Below are positions 35,337 through 47,525 of a stretch of 64,000 nucleotides of DNA, in pieces. A program made the translations under genes and the position numbers. The DNA comes from Rhodosorus marinus CCMP1338 (taxonomy: Eukaryota > Plantae > Rhodophyta), in assembly GCA_029953675.1 (NCBI GenBank), contig JAMWBK010000007.1:1116001-1180000 (forward strand), in the 5' to 3' direction. The notes beneath the pieces are model-generated. The model saw nothing but the letters and a program-made list of their open reading frames with translations, was not told the DNA's origin and searched no databases. Each line of letters opens with the position of its first letter. Positions within the stretch are counted from its first letter, which is position 1.

Positions 35337-38148
35337 ATGGCTTATTCGTCTGGAAATGAGCAATGGCAACAGTTTACTGATGATAATGGACGTGTGTATA
35401 TGTACAATGGGGTTAGCGGTAAGACTCGATGGCTGTGGGAGAAGTTTTTTGATCCTGGTACGGGAAAGGATTACTATACAAACTTTGTAACTCGGGAGTC
35501 TAGATGGGCCGATGAGGTAGATCGACCTGCTAAGCCTGTTCGAGGGAGTAATGTACAGGCGTCTGTTGGAGTTGATTCCAGAGGGGGTGGTCAGCAGAGA
35601 ACTGATCCGAGAATTAGGCGTGAGGAGGCCGCCGTAGGGGGTTCTCGGAGACAAAAGATCGAGTTCAAAGTTAGCACACCGAGCAAGACTGTGACTAAAA
35701 CTCCTAGCAAGACCGCAAAGGCTCTTCGCGCTCTCTCTGGAGAGGAGCCTGATGAGGTTGTAGAGACAGATCCCAATGGAAGAAGGTTTGTGTTCAATCG
35801 GCGAACCAAGGAGAGTCGGTACATTGACAAGGAGGAGAAGCCCAAGGAGGAGAATCCCAAGGATGAGAGCCGATTTAAACCTTCAAACGTCCAGGAGGAA
35901 AGACCAGGACGATCAGATTCAAGTTCTGATCAAGCTGTCCTGCGCCTCGGAGTGGTCAGCAATCCTCATATAGACAACATTCCCGAAGAGCCTCTGAGCC
36001 TAGCCTTCGACTACGCTCCAGCGGAGAGATTTGAACCGACGGTGACCCAAAGGCAGCGAACCAATGAGGAGACAAGCCTTAGCTATAGAAACCCTAGCGC
36101 TGAGGTGACTAGCCAGATGCCAGCCAACGTATCTGCTACGGCGGATTTCAGCGGGTACAACTACAAGGCAACCAGTGGGATTGTGGAGAGTACTACTCAA
36201 AGCGCCTTGAAGCGCCCAACGACAAACTCGGAGAATAGCCAGAGCCTGAAGGGGCTCAGCATAAAGGACTTTGGTCTAAACACAGACGTTCCCGGCGTTT
36301 TTAAGCGCAACGGTCGGTTCTTTTGTGAGCCATGTCAGCGATCCTTCAAACAGCACCCGCATGCGAAAGCTCACGCGGCATCTGACACACATAAGAAGAA
36401 CCTTAGGAGATGGAAAACTGATCTGTATTCTTCAGAACCCAGTGAACAGAATAACAAAAGGGCTAGAGTCGGCGCAGCGACAGGAATTGACGGAGACAGC
36501 AGCGCCTACTTGGATCAGGTTCTGCGAAAGAACTATCCAGGCCAGCTGAAGCAGTGGATACTCGCGTCACGGCTCAAAACCGAATCCGCTGCAGAGGCAT
36601 CCGAAGTCGACAGAGTGATGGCGGCGACTGTATCGGCGGAAGTTGAAAGCGGCGGCGTCTTCGCAAAGGACTGGTCGCGCCTTGATCCGATAGCCGCTTC
36701 GTATGTTTACTGATCCATGCACTTCTTAAACGGGCCTCTAGTCTTAGCGGTTCTTCCAAAATCTCTTTTCGATTTCGTCCCCCAGAGGCACGGATCCAGG
36801 GAAGTCCGCCCTCAACAAGAAGAAGCTGCTTTCGAAGAAGCTAGGCAGCGCCGATCTCAAGAATCACAAGGAGGAGATGCTGTCCGCTAAACTCCCGAAA
36901 GAGGAGCGCAACAAAGTCAAGCGATCTGCTAGCCGTCCTTATCACAACCCGTACCAACCCGTCCTGGAAAGAGTGACCGACGGGGATCCCGTCTTCGGGG
37001 CTGGGAAGCGAATTTTCCGGTCAATCCAGAGTGAACACCTGGCCGCGGTGTTTAGAGAGTGCCGAGCGGTGTGGAGCACGACCGAAATCTTCAGTGACGA
37101 GATGAAATCTGGCACTATAGTAGGCAGGAATATGACGTTGGAGAAGGAGTTCCTTCGAATGAACAATTATGAGGCTGACCCCGCTGAGGTTCGACCTCCA
37201 GCAATTCTGTCCAAAGCACTGGATTTGATTTTGCAAAAGTATAGGTACGTCGCATTCATCCCGAACACTTTGCCCCTCCAGAGACAGGGAAGCTCTAGCA
37301 TCTAATGACGAAACTGTTTTTATATGGATGGTTTTCCGGGGTGGCGCGCACAGATCGTCCCAGGTTGACTACATCTACATGGTAAAGCAGTTCAAGAGCT
37401 TGCGTCAAGACCTTCTTGTCCAAGGCATTCGGAACGAGATCTCAGTTCGGTTGTACGAAGAACACGCTCGAGTTGCGATACAGTGCAGAGATGTTGGGGA
37501 GCTTAACCAGTGTCTTACCCAACTGAAGGAGTTGTACAGAACCGTAAGAAGTTCTTTCTCGTCGATCTTGTTTCTCGGATGCCCACTCTGTAGAGTTTGT
37601 GTTAATGCCTTCGAACCTTTTTCGACCTCCAGATTCCCAGCGCAGATGAGGAGGAGTTTGTCGCGTACTCGTTGTTGTACGAGATCTACGCAACGTTCGT
37701 CAGTTCCTCGAACAACAGACGAAATTTGCTGAAGAACTTGATCGAGATCTACGCGAGACCGACCACGTCTGATCACGTTTCCTTCGCGCTGAAATGGAGA
37801 TCGGCCCTTAGCTTGAACGAGTACTGGAAGGTGCATGGTTTGATAGAGGATGCAAGAGGCCTGAAGAACGGGAATCTGCTTGTGGGCCTTACCAATTTCA
37901 TGATGGCTCCAGTAAGGTCAAAAGCAGTACTGACGATGGCCAAGGGATTCAGACCATTCGTTCCGGTTGATACAATCGTGAGGAGGCTCGGACTTGGGAC
38001 ACGGACTGAGGGCGTCTCGTTCATAGAAGGTCTCGGCGCTGTGCTTGGAAAAGACGAGGACGGCGAGGTCGCTATGAACTGTAAAGAATCTGTTTCTAAG
38101 ATTCGGGTTCAGAAGCCTGAGAGAATCACGGCGATGGGTGGTTCTTAG
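35337..38148 (+). CDS. SAC3/GANP-family (LENG8/Thp3-like) protein with N-terminal WW domains and a U1/matrin-type zinc finger (4 exons predicted)
   Basis: WW domains: WQQFTDDNGRVYMYN..TRW and WEKFFDPGTGKDYYTN..SRW. Zinc finger: CEPCQRSF..AHAASDTH. Introns 36701-36785, 37245-37353 and 37544-37632 give one frame into IVGRNMTLEKEFLR..DPAEVRP..QFKSLRQDLLVQ..YEEHARVA..GELNQC..EFVAYSLLY. Confidence 0.8.
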
Positions 38149-39822
38149 CGCCTCACTCGTTTATCAGAGTTACGGGTACGTTGGAGTTATCTCGTTTCCT
38201 GCTCTTCTGCCCCGGCTCTCTAGTTGCGAACCAGCCTTCGTTTGAGGGCAACTTGTAGCTTTCGCGCTCGTCTGTTGGAGTTTGTGTATGCGAGGATCCA
38301 ACACGAGGCCTTGAGCGAAGCACAGCTAACTTATATAGCCCAGACTGCGAACAAGGCCAGGACTCACCCGTGCTTTGGACGAGAGCTCGGACAACGGCTC
38401 ATGGGCGCTCGACAACGCTTTCAGAATTTTTTACTGCATATCTAATTAACTACCTCCACATCTTGAAGTCGAATGGTCTGATCGTCCGAGGTCCACCAAG
38501 TTGCATAAAGCCTTTTGTATCGATTTCCGATGTGAATTGAACTGATTTGCATGCTTGCCCGAGTAGCTTGGAGAGTGGTTCTATCCTCTTGTCGATCTAC
38601 GCATCAAGGTCATGCGATTCATTTTCAAAGCCGTAAAATCCCGCTTCCTTATCGGATGATGGGAAAGTGCGAATCTTTTTGGATGAGCTCATAATCAAGT
38701 TCAAACTTCTATTGAGACCTTGATTTGCCTATGGGACGAGAACAGTCAGTGCTGTTCTCGTGTCATTTCGAAGAATACCGACGGCACTTGTGCTTTCCCC
38801 GCCTTTGGCCTATCAGGTCGGAGTTGGACGAGTCGACCAGCCAGCAGCCAACTTGAAATCCATTCCCAGTGAAAAAAAGCATCGCCGAGTTCCATTCCAT
38901 CAGTTCGAGCATAAGAACCGAGACCCATCTAGCAAAGCAATCATCGTTTCCAAATCCATCCCATCCCAGCGGGACAATAGTCGATCCTCGTTTGTCCCAC
39001 CAATTCCTCCTGTCCCAACACATTAGAAAACAAAGAAAAACAAAACAAAAAAACCAAATATCGCGAAAGATCCCAACCCGAATAAATTAGAAGTCAACAA
39101 AGCCAAATCTCTACCAATAAAAAAACACTATATCTCCTAAATCCGAAAAATTTCACCGAACGACGTTCAACGTTTGGGGGAGAAACCTACAATCCAATCA
39201 TAGAAAAGAACGTACAAGTTACACTTTTTAATAACCAATCAATTAATGTCCCAACCGTGGAATTGAGAGAACCGCAGCCACAAAACCTTTGAAACCTGTC
39301 CAAACAGGACAATAATAACGTCTAGAGGGAGTAAATCCACCAACACGAATCATATCCAGGAACATCCTAAAACGTCGGTTTTAATACAATAAAATGTAAT
39401 TCTAAGATATATGATTCTATCCAATGAAACAATGGGATTCATGATATTCTATGAGAACGAGGATTTTTATTTTATTAAATTGGAGCTCCAGGATGGCGAA
39501 AGACAAAAATAGAATATGAAAACAATTTGTAAAGGCTATAGAAAACGATGAAAAATGGATCCAAAATGGTCGTTTTGGTGGTGGAGAGGAAGATTGCAAT
39601 AAGGGGAGTCAATGAGAGTGGTGGCAGGGTTTGGGTGGGAGGAGGGAGGAGGAGGAGGTGGGGGGTGATTGAGAATGTCTTAAGGGTAAAGGAGAGGGAG
39701 AGAGAGAGAAATTGGATGGGTTGGGGATGAGGGGAAGGTAGTAATTTATTAGAAGGTGGAAGTGTGAGGGGTTTATTTGGGGGGAGGGTTGCAGGAGATA
39801 TTGGGGATGTTTTGAAGTGGGT

Positions 39823-41342
39823 ATGGAGGAAGTTTTAGGATTTGTAGGGGGGATTCATGGAGGTCGATGGAGTGGTGTTGAGGTGGGTAAGGTGAGTGCA
39901 TCTGTGGCCACGTGTGTGCTTAGGGAGGCAAGTGTTGGGAAGAAGGTTAATAAGGTTGGGAAGAGGCCGAGGCCGGGGGTGAGGAAGGTTGATAAGGGAG
40001 TGGGGAAGCAGGAGGTCGGGGTGGACACGGGGCAGCTTATAGATTTTTCAAAGCTGGAGGATATTGACGGATGGGCTTCGGATGGGTTGGGTGTGGGAGA
40101 GGAGGAGAAAAAGGAGTCCAAGACGACTGCTCAAGGGACCAAGAAGCAGTCACGACGTAGGAAGGACTCCGAGAAGCAAGCTGAGACGCCAGTGTTTTAT
40201 AGGGACTCTCTAAAGTCCTACATGTCTGAGATAAGGAGAGTGGATATATTGAAAAGGTCAGAGGAAGTGGACCTGGCGAGGAAGATCCAGGCGTGTGTAA
40301 AGCTCGAAGACTGTAAAGCAAGGTAAGTCCCCCAGTAAGAGTCCACGAAGAACCTGGCAGTCAGCTAACGTTGAGTTTGTTCTTCAGACTTCAAGTCTCT
40401 TTGGGAAGGAATCCGACATTTAAGGAATGGGCGGACGACGCAAAGCTTGATGTAAAGGAGCTGAACGGGATCATTATCTCGGGCACATCTGCCAAGCAAG
40501 CATTGGTATCAGCAAACCTACGACTAGTCCACTCCGTTGTAAATAAGTCTTCTCGATCGCATGGATTGAAAGATGCTTCTCAGAGGCAGGATTTGATGCA
40601 GGAGGGCGTATTCGGGCTGATGAGAGCGGCAGAGAAGTATGATGCGGACAAGGGCTTCCGTTTCTCGACATATGCTACGTATTGGGTTATGGTAAGTGGA
40701 AACTAGAGGCGAATGAGGAACCTTGGTAGTCAGATCTGACCGCTGACGTGGTTTTTTTTTGCTTGAATTTTCACGATTCAGTCGTTTACTTCGCGGGCGC
40801 TGCAGACCATCGATAGGCCTGTAAAGGTGCCTACTAGAGTTATGGACAGTTACATGAAGATGAAGAAGCTGCATAGGGAGTATGTCAAAGCTCACAGAAG
40901 TGAACCGAGCGAGAAGGAACTGGCGAAACTGGTGGGAGTGACCGCGCCAAAGCTGAGGACGATCATTGAGAGCGTCAACCAGAAGACGATTTCTACGGAC
41001 CTGCATATATCAGGAGAGGCCGAAGGGGCGACCATTGGGGACCTCTTGGAAGACGATTCGGATATTGATGAGAACCTGGTCGAGGACATGTTTAGAAAGG
41101 ATTTCGACAGGGCGCTGAAGAAGTACCTTAACCCACGCGAACGTGCGGCGATCCGTCTTCGATACGGTCTCGATGATGGAGGGGAGCGGACCCTGAAGCA
41201 GATATCCAAGGTTCTGAAGGTCAGCGCTGAACGTACGCGGCAGATTATATTCGGAGCAATCGTCAAGCTTCGCAACCAAAACGTCCTAAGTGATCTGAGA
41301 GAATACGTTCCTGACGTTAAGGACGTCGATCCTGAGATCTAA
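39823..41342 (+). CDS. Nuclear-encoded plastid RNA polymerase sigma-70 factor (3 exons)
   Basis: LGFV-type transit peptide. Region 1.2: DSLKSYMSEI..EEVDLA. Region 2: ANLRLV..DLMQEGVFGLMRAAEKYD..GFRFSTYATYW. Region 4: LNPRERAAIRLRYGL..TLKQI..VSAERTRQI. Introns 40323-40387 and 40692-40781. Confidence 0.95.
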
Positions 41343-41720
41343 GCACGCCTCTAAGTACTTTAGTATTGGTGATGCTTCACGATCACTGGCCTACCGCGGC
41401 AACCCACCAAACCTTGAAGCTTCCCAGACGAAACTAATTTTCTTGATTATTTCTCGTTACTCTTCCGATGGGGAAAGTTGTTAGGCGGACAGTATTCTGA
41501 TAGACACACACGCTTCAAGCCACAAAAAAGTTCTTTCAAAATGATAACTAAAACCAACCGATACTTTTAGAAAATTTACATCGCAAACCCAAAAATTCTG
41601 AAGGCGGTGCGGGGATGCATTTGCCGCTCCCATTACCCTGCCCATTTTTTTTGGCTCAAGCAAAGACGTGGACACTCGATTACTTTGTTCAAACTATGTT
41701 CTTGTTCGCTCTGAACAGCC

Positions 41721-43073
41721 TCAGTCTTCCCTCGGATAGTCCTGTGATGACGTCTTGCTCTTCTTCTTTTTCTTCGATCGCATCGTATTTCTCAAATCCT
41801 TGACGTGAAGTACAGCCTCTTCCAAAGCAAATGTTTCACTCGCAAGTTGCATCTTGGCTTCCATCAGATCCATAATCGCCTCCTCCTCCCCTGGCGGATG
41901 GTTGAAAATTGCCTGCATCTCCTTAATTTTCCTCCTTAGCTTCTCATTCTCCATCTCAAGTTCAACAGGGCCGCCTACCAGCGCCTCCTTCAGTCTCACG
42001 TTCTCGCTCTCCAATAACGAAATCTGCTCTCTCGTACGTTTAATCTTTTTCTCAAGCTCCCTGCTCGCAGAAAACTGTTCATCGGGTTCGCTAGTAGATT
42101 CACCCACACCCTGTGCAGCAGCAGGAGCTCCTCCAACCCCCGTCGATCCAAACGAACTCATAGATCTGAACAAACAACAAAGTATGCTTAGAATCAGTTT
42201 TATCGCCTCATCGCCTGACCTCTCTCGAGCTACAAACTTGGCGCACAGCAAAAGCGCCATGTCCAGCGGTTCTGACGTTTTGCAAAGAGCTTACTGAGGA
42301 TGAGATTCAGACGCGGTATTAAATTCTATGTCGGATTCCAGTTCATCGAGGTCGTCAAGATCGTCTAAGGAAGCGTATCCTTCATCGGATCCAATATCGC
42401 TGGAGGACATGTAGGTTCCCGCTGAGCTCTGGCTCATGGAGTCTGAATCCGGATTTTTAGCTCGTTTTCCGCTGTGAACGAATTTGGAGCGGACTCTAAG
42501 GACTAGGCTGGATCCGTTGGACATCTTGAGCTTCAGTTTCCGTTCATTTCCAAGCGGATCCGCGTAATCAGAAAGATCGACGCGAAACTTTCCGAGAGTT
42601 TTTCCATTCTTATGACCTGATCGGATGGCCACTTTGTAGACTTTCTCCTTCAGTTGCTCAGAATCGGCATTCGCCTTGTAGAGAGTCATCTCCTTTGCAA
42701 TGGAAAACCCAACGTCGGCACGACCGTCCTTCACCTTGAACGGCTCCGAGCTCTCAAGCGAGCTGCCCCTCTCGAAGATCACCACCGCGCTTCCCAGAGT
42801 ATTGAGATTCTCAACAGTCTCGAACACAATGTCGAAGAAGAACACAACAGGCGTGACCGGAGATATCTTATTTGACGCTCCCTTCCCTGCTTTGACGAAC
42901 AAATTCTGCGTAGCAATACTAGAGGTCCTCCTTCTCAATCCAAACCCGCCACCTCCTCCACCTTGCCCATCACCACTACCAGGAGGTGCAGCTGAGCCTC
43001 TCCGAGACATCCAACTACGAGCCTCACCGCCATCTCCCGCGGAATTCACATTGGAACTTCCTCGACGTAACAT
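41721..43073 (-). CDS. NT-C2 (EEIG1/EHBP1-type C2) domain protein with C-terminal coiled coil (2 exons)
   Basis: FFFDIVFETVENL..VIFERG..MTLYK..KVYKVAI..KTLGKFRVDLSDYA..LVLRV, followed by an acidic linker. Intron 42166-42294 joins to a coiled-coil exon ending in a poly-Lys run. Confidence 0.8.
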
Positions 43074-45311
43074 ATCATAGATATGACAAAAAAAAAGAAA
43101 CAACACTACCCAAAAACCAAAACCCCTCAACAAATCTCAAGTGCTTCCGCCCGCCTCAAAACGCCTCCTTGCACCCCCACCCACGTCCCTGCAGCTCCTC
43201 GACAAATCTCCAAAACCCCTCTCAGAACCTGTTCATCTATCCTTCTACGCCAGGCTCTCTCGTCCCCTTCCTTAAGCACAAAGACGGGAAAAAACTTACC
43301 TTCAAAAACCTAATTGACTCTCTCCTATCACAACCTTCTTCCCCCCCTACCGCTCCCTCCGCCTCTACAAAGCTTCAACTCTAATATCTAAGAACGGGCT
43401 CCCTTCCAACAGTCTTAGCAGCGACTCTTATGAACTGGACATGGAACCCCTTCCTCTTTCTCCTCAAAAAACCTAGTTCCCCAATTCGCACCTTAATAAA
43501 CTCCCTTCTTTACCCGCCTCCAGTCTCTTACCTCAAAACACATCAGTCGATTTCTTTCTCAAACTCAAGGTGCCGTTTACATAACAAGAGAAACAGACGA
43601 CCGCTCTGACCAGCTCTCCTTCACTTCTGCTATGTGTATGTCCTAACCCGACTATGATGAAAGAAGACCAAACAGACCTTGGTCAGGGTAAACTCTTAAT
43701 TACTAGCTTGCAGCCTTTTCTTCTCTCACTCTCCTCAGTATGCCTTCTTCTCAAGAACTCTGTTCACTCTGCTCACGTCCACATCAACTGAGCTTGTCAT
43801 TTACGAAGAGGACGAAACCGGATAAGCAGACCAAACGACAACGCCAGCCGAAACAAATCTGGTGCAAGACCAGAACGAACAACTTGAATTCACATCTTCC
43901 TCGTCGGGGCTGTCAGCCACCGCCCGGCTTTGGGCTGCTGTCTCAAAGGCTTTACAGATTTTATTGTCTAGGTTTGGACCAGGCAGACTTTTCACTGGGT
44001 TTCTTGCTGTTCTTCTTCTCATCAAAGCTGTAACATCTTCGTTGGTAGCCTCAAGACTCTTCAGACCGACAGAAACGGGGCAAGACTCCTTCTGGGGAAC
44101 TCTGTTCGAGGGTTACACCCGCGAGAAGGGAGACCTACACTCGGCGTATGGAAAAAGCCACAAGAATAAGGGCGGCTGAAATCCGCCAAGGGGAGGGACT
44201 AAGAAGAGACTGGAACCGACCAGCGATCAAGTTGATACTCAAAGCAATCACGCAACTAGAGGACACCGCCACTGTCCACGCCGAGCGGGACATACCTGGG
44301 CCGGTCGCAACACTAGAGCAACAAACGGTGAGATCTAAACGCCAGCTATGAAACAACGAGAAGGGGTTGTGGTTAGTAGTGCACGGTAGTAAGAGGTTGT
44401 TGGTTGGGAAGCTGCTTGGCTGAAAGACCGCGCTTCCGTGAGCGCCATGCCGAACGTTCCGTTCTGTACCCGGCTCTTGAGCTGTTGTGGCGAATGGACG
44501 TCGCATTGTTGTTTGAAGCGCGGAACATGCGTCCTGAGTAGTTTTGTGCTCTCAGAGTAGATAGTCCGTGAGAAACGTACTTGTCTTGTACAAGAAGTCT
44601 CGCGCCGAGATAGGCTGCCATGAATGACACCTCTGGTGAGGAAGTGGATCAACTCACGAGCTATTCTGCCGGACCACTCAAGAAGTAAGGGCTCGAGCTG
44701 CGTCTGAGGCAGTGTCCAGACCTGGCATGTCGTCGGGCATTGGCACGGAACCGCATCGATCGGTTGATGCCATGTCCCGTGCCAAAGAGGAGAGAGAGAA
44801 AGATGCCCTACCCTACTGAAAGTCGGCGTGCACAAGAGAAGTCGAAGAGAAAGACAGCTAGGAGATGCGATTTCTGCAAGAGGCCTTATCGAACAGCAAA
44901 ATATTTGCCATCGTAATGCAGCACCGTTGAGGACTAAAGCAACGAAGGAACCAGCGTAGGAACAGTGAAGAGCTTCATGCCATGCTATTAAAAGCGACCG
45001 CAGCACCATAAAAGAATGCGGTGGAGTTCGAATTCAGCCCTAGGCTGTACGGTCTTCAAGACGGAGTACCGCCGACAGGTTCGACGGTCTGCGCGAGCTG
45101 AACCAATTGGAACGCTCTCTGAACAAACTATGACAAACCTGGAAGTGTCCTTGAGGAAGAATGAACTCCGAAGATGTCTGCCTGTGGCGCTCGAGGTCAG
45201 TTTCCATATTTAACGAGGACATACTCCATTAGGATCATCATTTGGATCGAAATCGTTAGTTTATATTCATTAATTTTGCGGACGGATGCACTCGTTTTCA
45301 GTGGGGAAGTC

Positions 45312-46487
45312 TTAGCTTCCATCTCCGTAGAAGCGGTAGTATCTAATTTCTTGGTTCCTGGCAGCTTCGAGGTCGGTGCTGTCAAACTCGAGCGTTGAGA
45401 ACGCTTTTGTCTTCCCCACGGTAGCGTTGACGGTGATCCCGTATTTGAACTTCGTATCATCGCCAAGGGTCACGCCAAACACTCTCGCCTTCTCTACTTG
45501 CCTTAGGGTGATCGCACTGGACCTGCCCACGCCGCCGAAAAAGTGTATATCTCTGAGTGTGACGTATTTCGCATGGGCGATATCCACCTGCGTGCTCTGG
45601 TTCCTTCCATTAAGAACCTTCACATCAGACAAGACGAGCCTGTTCATTCTGTCCAGTAGCACGGCGTTCTTGCATGCCCTCGCAACAACTCCGTTAATTG
45701 TAATATCACCATGACCCGCGATAAAAGCCTCTGAGTGGATCGCGAAAGTGCATCTCGTCGCGATAACGTTGCTTATAAACACTCTGTTCACATGGGCTCC
45801 CGAATCCGGAGTAAATTCATCGTGATCCTGGAGTGCAGCGGCGTAGAAACAGTTCTCCGCATAAATATCCCTGATGAAGACGTCCTTTGCGCCGTCCGTA
45901 ACCTCAATGGTCCCTCTCTCGATTTGATCATATGCTCGAAGGTTCTCGGCGACGATGTTTCTCGCGACGGCCTCCCCTGAACCGTAGCCAGTAATTGAGA
46001 CAAGATCCCTAGCGTTGGAGTAGCCGACGAGGTCGCGAACAACACCTCCTACAATATCGTACTGGTGTGATTTCATAGGTTGGATTGTAATTCCGTTCTG
46101 AGAACTGTCCCTCATTATCCCTCGCTCGATGCTGAAACCCCCCCTCGTCACCCAGATGAGGGGTTCCCGGTCCTTAAACGCTACAGTGCCAACGTTTCCT
46201 ATGAACTCAAAATCGGTCATTGTGAAGCCCTCCGATTGAACAGACATTAGCGGAACATTCCCGATTCCGCTTCCAAGCTTCGCGTGCAAACCGCGTATTG
46301 TCACTGGCCTTCTCACGCGGATCATTTTCCGAACGGTCCACTGGCATGTTGGGTCCGCGACAAGCTCGGAGTGCGCGGGGGCAGATTCAATCTGAGTTCT
46401 TAGGTCCCGCGAACAATTCAATTCGATCACCTCGTGGCAGGAGCACCCAACCACGAACAAAGCAAACAATAGCGCAAACGTCTTCAT
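45312..46487 (-). CDS. Secreted right-handed parallel beta-helix (pectin-lyase-like) protein, paralog 1
   Basis: Signal peptide MKTFALLFALFVVGCSC. Stacked-strand repeats NIVAENLRA, DVFIRDIYA, RVFISNVIA and DITINGVVA. Intronless. The fold call is inferred from this periodic pattern. Confidence 0.8.
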   Translation of the reverse strand: MKTFALLFALFVVGCSCHEVIELNCSRDLRTQIESAPAHSELVADPTCQWTVRKMIRVRRPVTIRGLHAKLGSGIGNVPLMSVQSEGFTMTDFEFIGNVGTVAFKDREPLIWVTRGGFSIERGIMRDSSQNGITIQPMKSHQYDIVGGVVRDLVGYSNARDLVSITGYGSGEAVARNIVAENLRAYDQIERGTIEVTDGAKDVFIRDIYAENCFYAAALQDHDEFTPDSGAHVNRVFISNVIATRCTFAIHSEAFIAGHGDITINGVVARACKNAVLLDRMNRLVLSDVKVLNGRNQSTQVDIAHAKYVTLRDIHFFGGVGRSSAITLRQVEKARVFGVTLGDDTKFKYGITVNATVGKTKAFSTLEFDSTDLEAARNQEIRYYRFYGDGS

Positions 46488-47377
46488 CTTTTCTTTCACT
46501 TCTCCTCAGCGACCAATCAATCCCTCTCTGAACCTCTACCACTCGGTCCAACCCCGTCAACATCAGTTTTATACCCATCCTCAATTTCCAACGCCGAGCT
46601 GTGTAATGCCTCCAAAGGCGAAACCAACAAACTTCATCATCCGCAATCACAGTAGCTAGCTATCGCACCAGGCAATCACTCACTCACTCGCTCACTCACT
46701 CTATACAGTTGCTTCCAGAATCCAATCACACCTGCGCAACAAGGAATCAGTAGTTCGCGTAACTCGATCGTCGCCCTCACTCCGTTAAGCCAAAATTTGG
46801 CCAAGAATTTGGCCCAAATCAATACAAAAAGGAAAATTAAGACTTTATATTTGCCCAAATCCAATATTTGAGTCACAATTGGACCCAGAATTTCGCAACA
46901 GTCAACCCTTATAGTTGGTTAAAAACAAGTATTTTTCAAAGTTTTTAATGGCTACTAAAAACAGGGGGAGGTGAATCATTTCCGTAAATTTTTTTCCTTT
47001 TGAAAAGTAGAAAATTGCTGTTTGCACAATGGATATTTTAAATGCAAAACGAACTTTTTTGGCTTGTTTTTCAGGAGTTTTGGAAGGACATTTGGTTTTT
47101 GGTCTAGGGTTTGCTGACATAGCCTTGAGCGCTTTGCAGTGGGCATCATGCGAACTAGGGGCGGTTTACTTCAAGATACCCATTGTACCGCAAGGGGTGA
47201 CACAAGAAAAGCATAAGAAGCTACTAGGCTAAGGAGACCCCAGAGCAGGGAATGATACTACGTCTGTCTACGACACGGTGTCAGGACGATAGCATCTTTT
47301 TATACATGGCATGGATCGCCAAGCCATCGCTTCCGGGCCATGTTTGTCGGTTCAGATTCACGCGCACGAAATAGGCG

Positions 47378-47525
47378 CTAGGAACAAAAGCGTAGGAGCA
47401 TCGGCCAGCATGCTGCTAGAAATTCGCCATAGAGCGACACTGAATCGGGGTGGGACTCGGCAGGATGGTCAGTAGAACATTTGTGCCGCCGCTGTAAGCC
47501 TGAATTTTCAAGATGACCAAATCCT
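47378..47525. repeat. Diverged dispersed repeat, copy 1 (partner at 61165-61345)
   Basis: Shared blocks aggaacaaaagcgt, ccata(g/a)agcgacactgaa, atggtcagt..catttg and ttttca..atg(a/g)ccaaa appear in the same order in both copies. Confidence 0.65.

Noticed and set aside
8602-43073. Formin and NT-C2 genes as a functional cytoskeletal gene cluster
   Set aside because: They are about 30 kb apart with unrelated housekeeping genes between; co-location is not evidence in a eukaryote.
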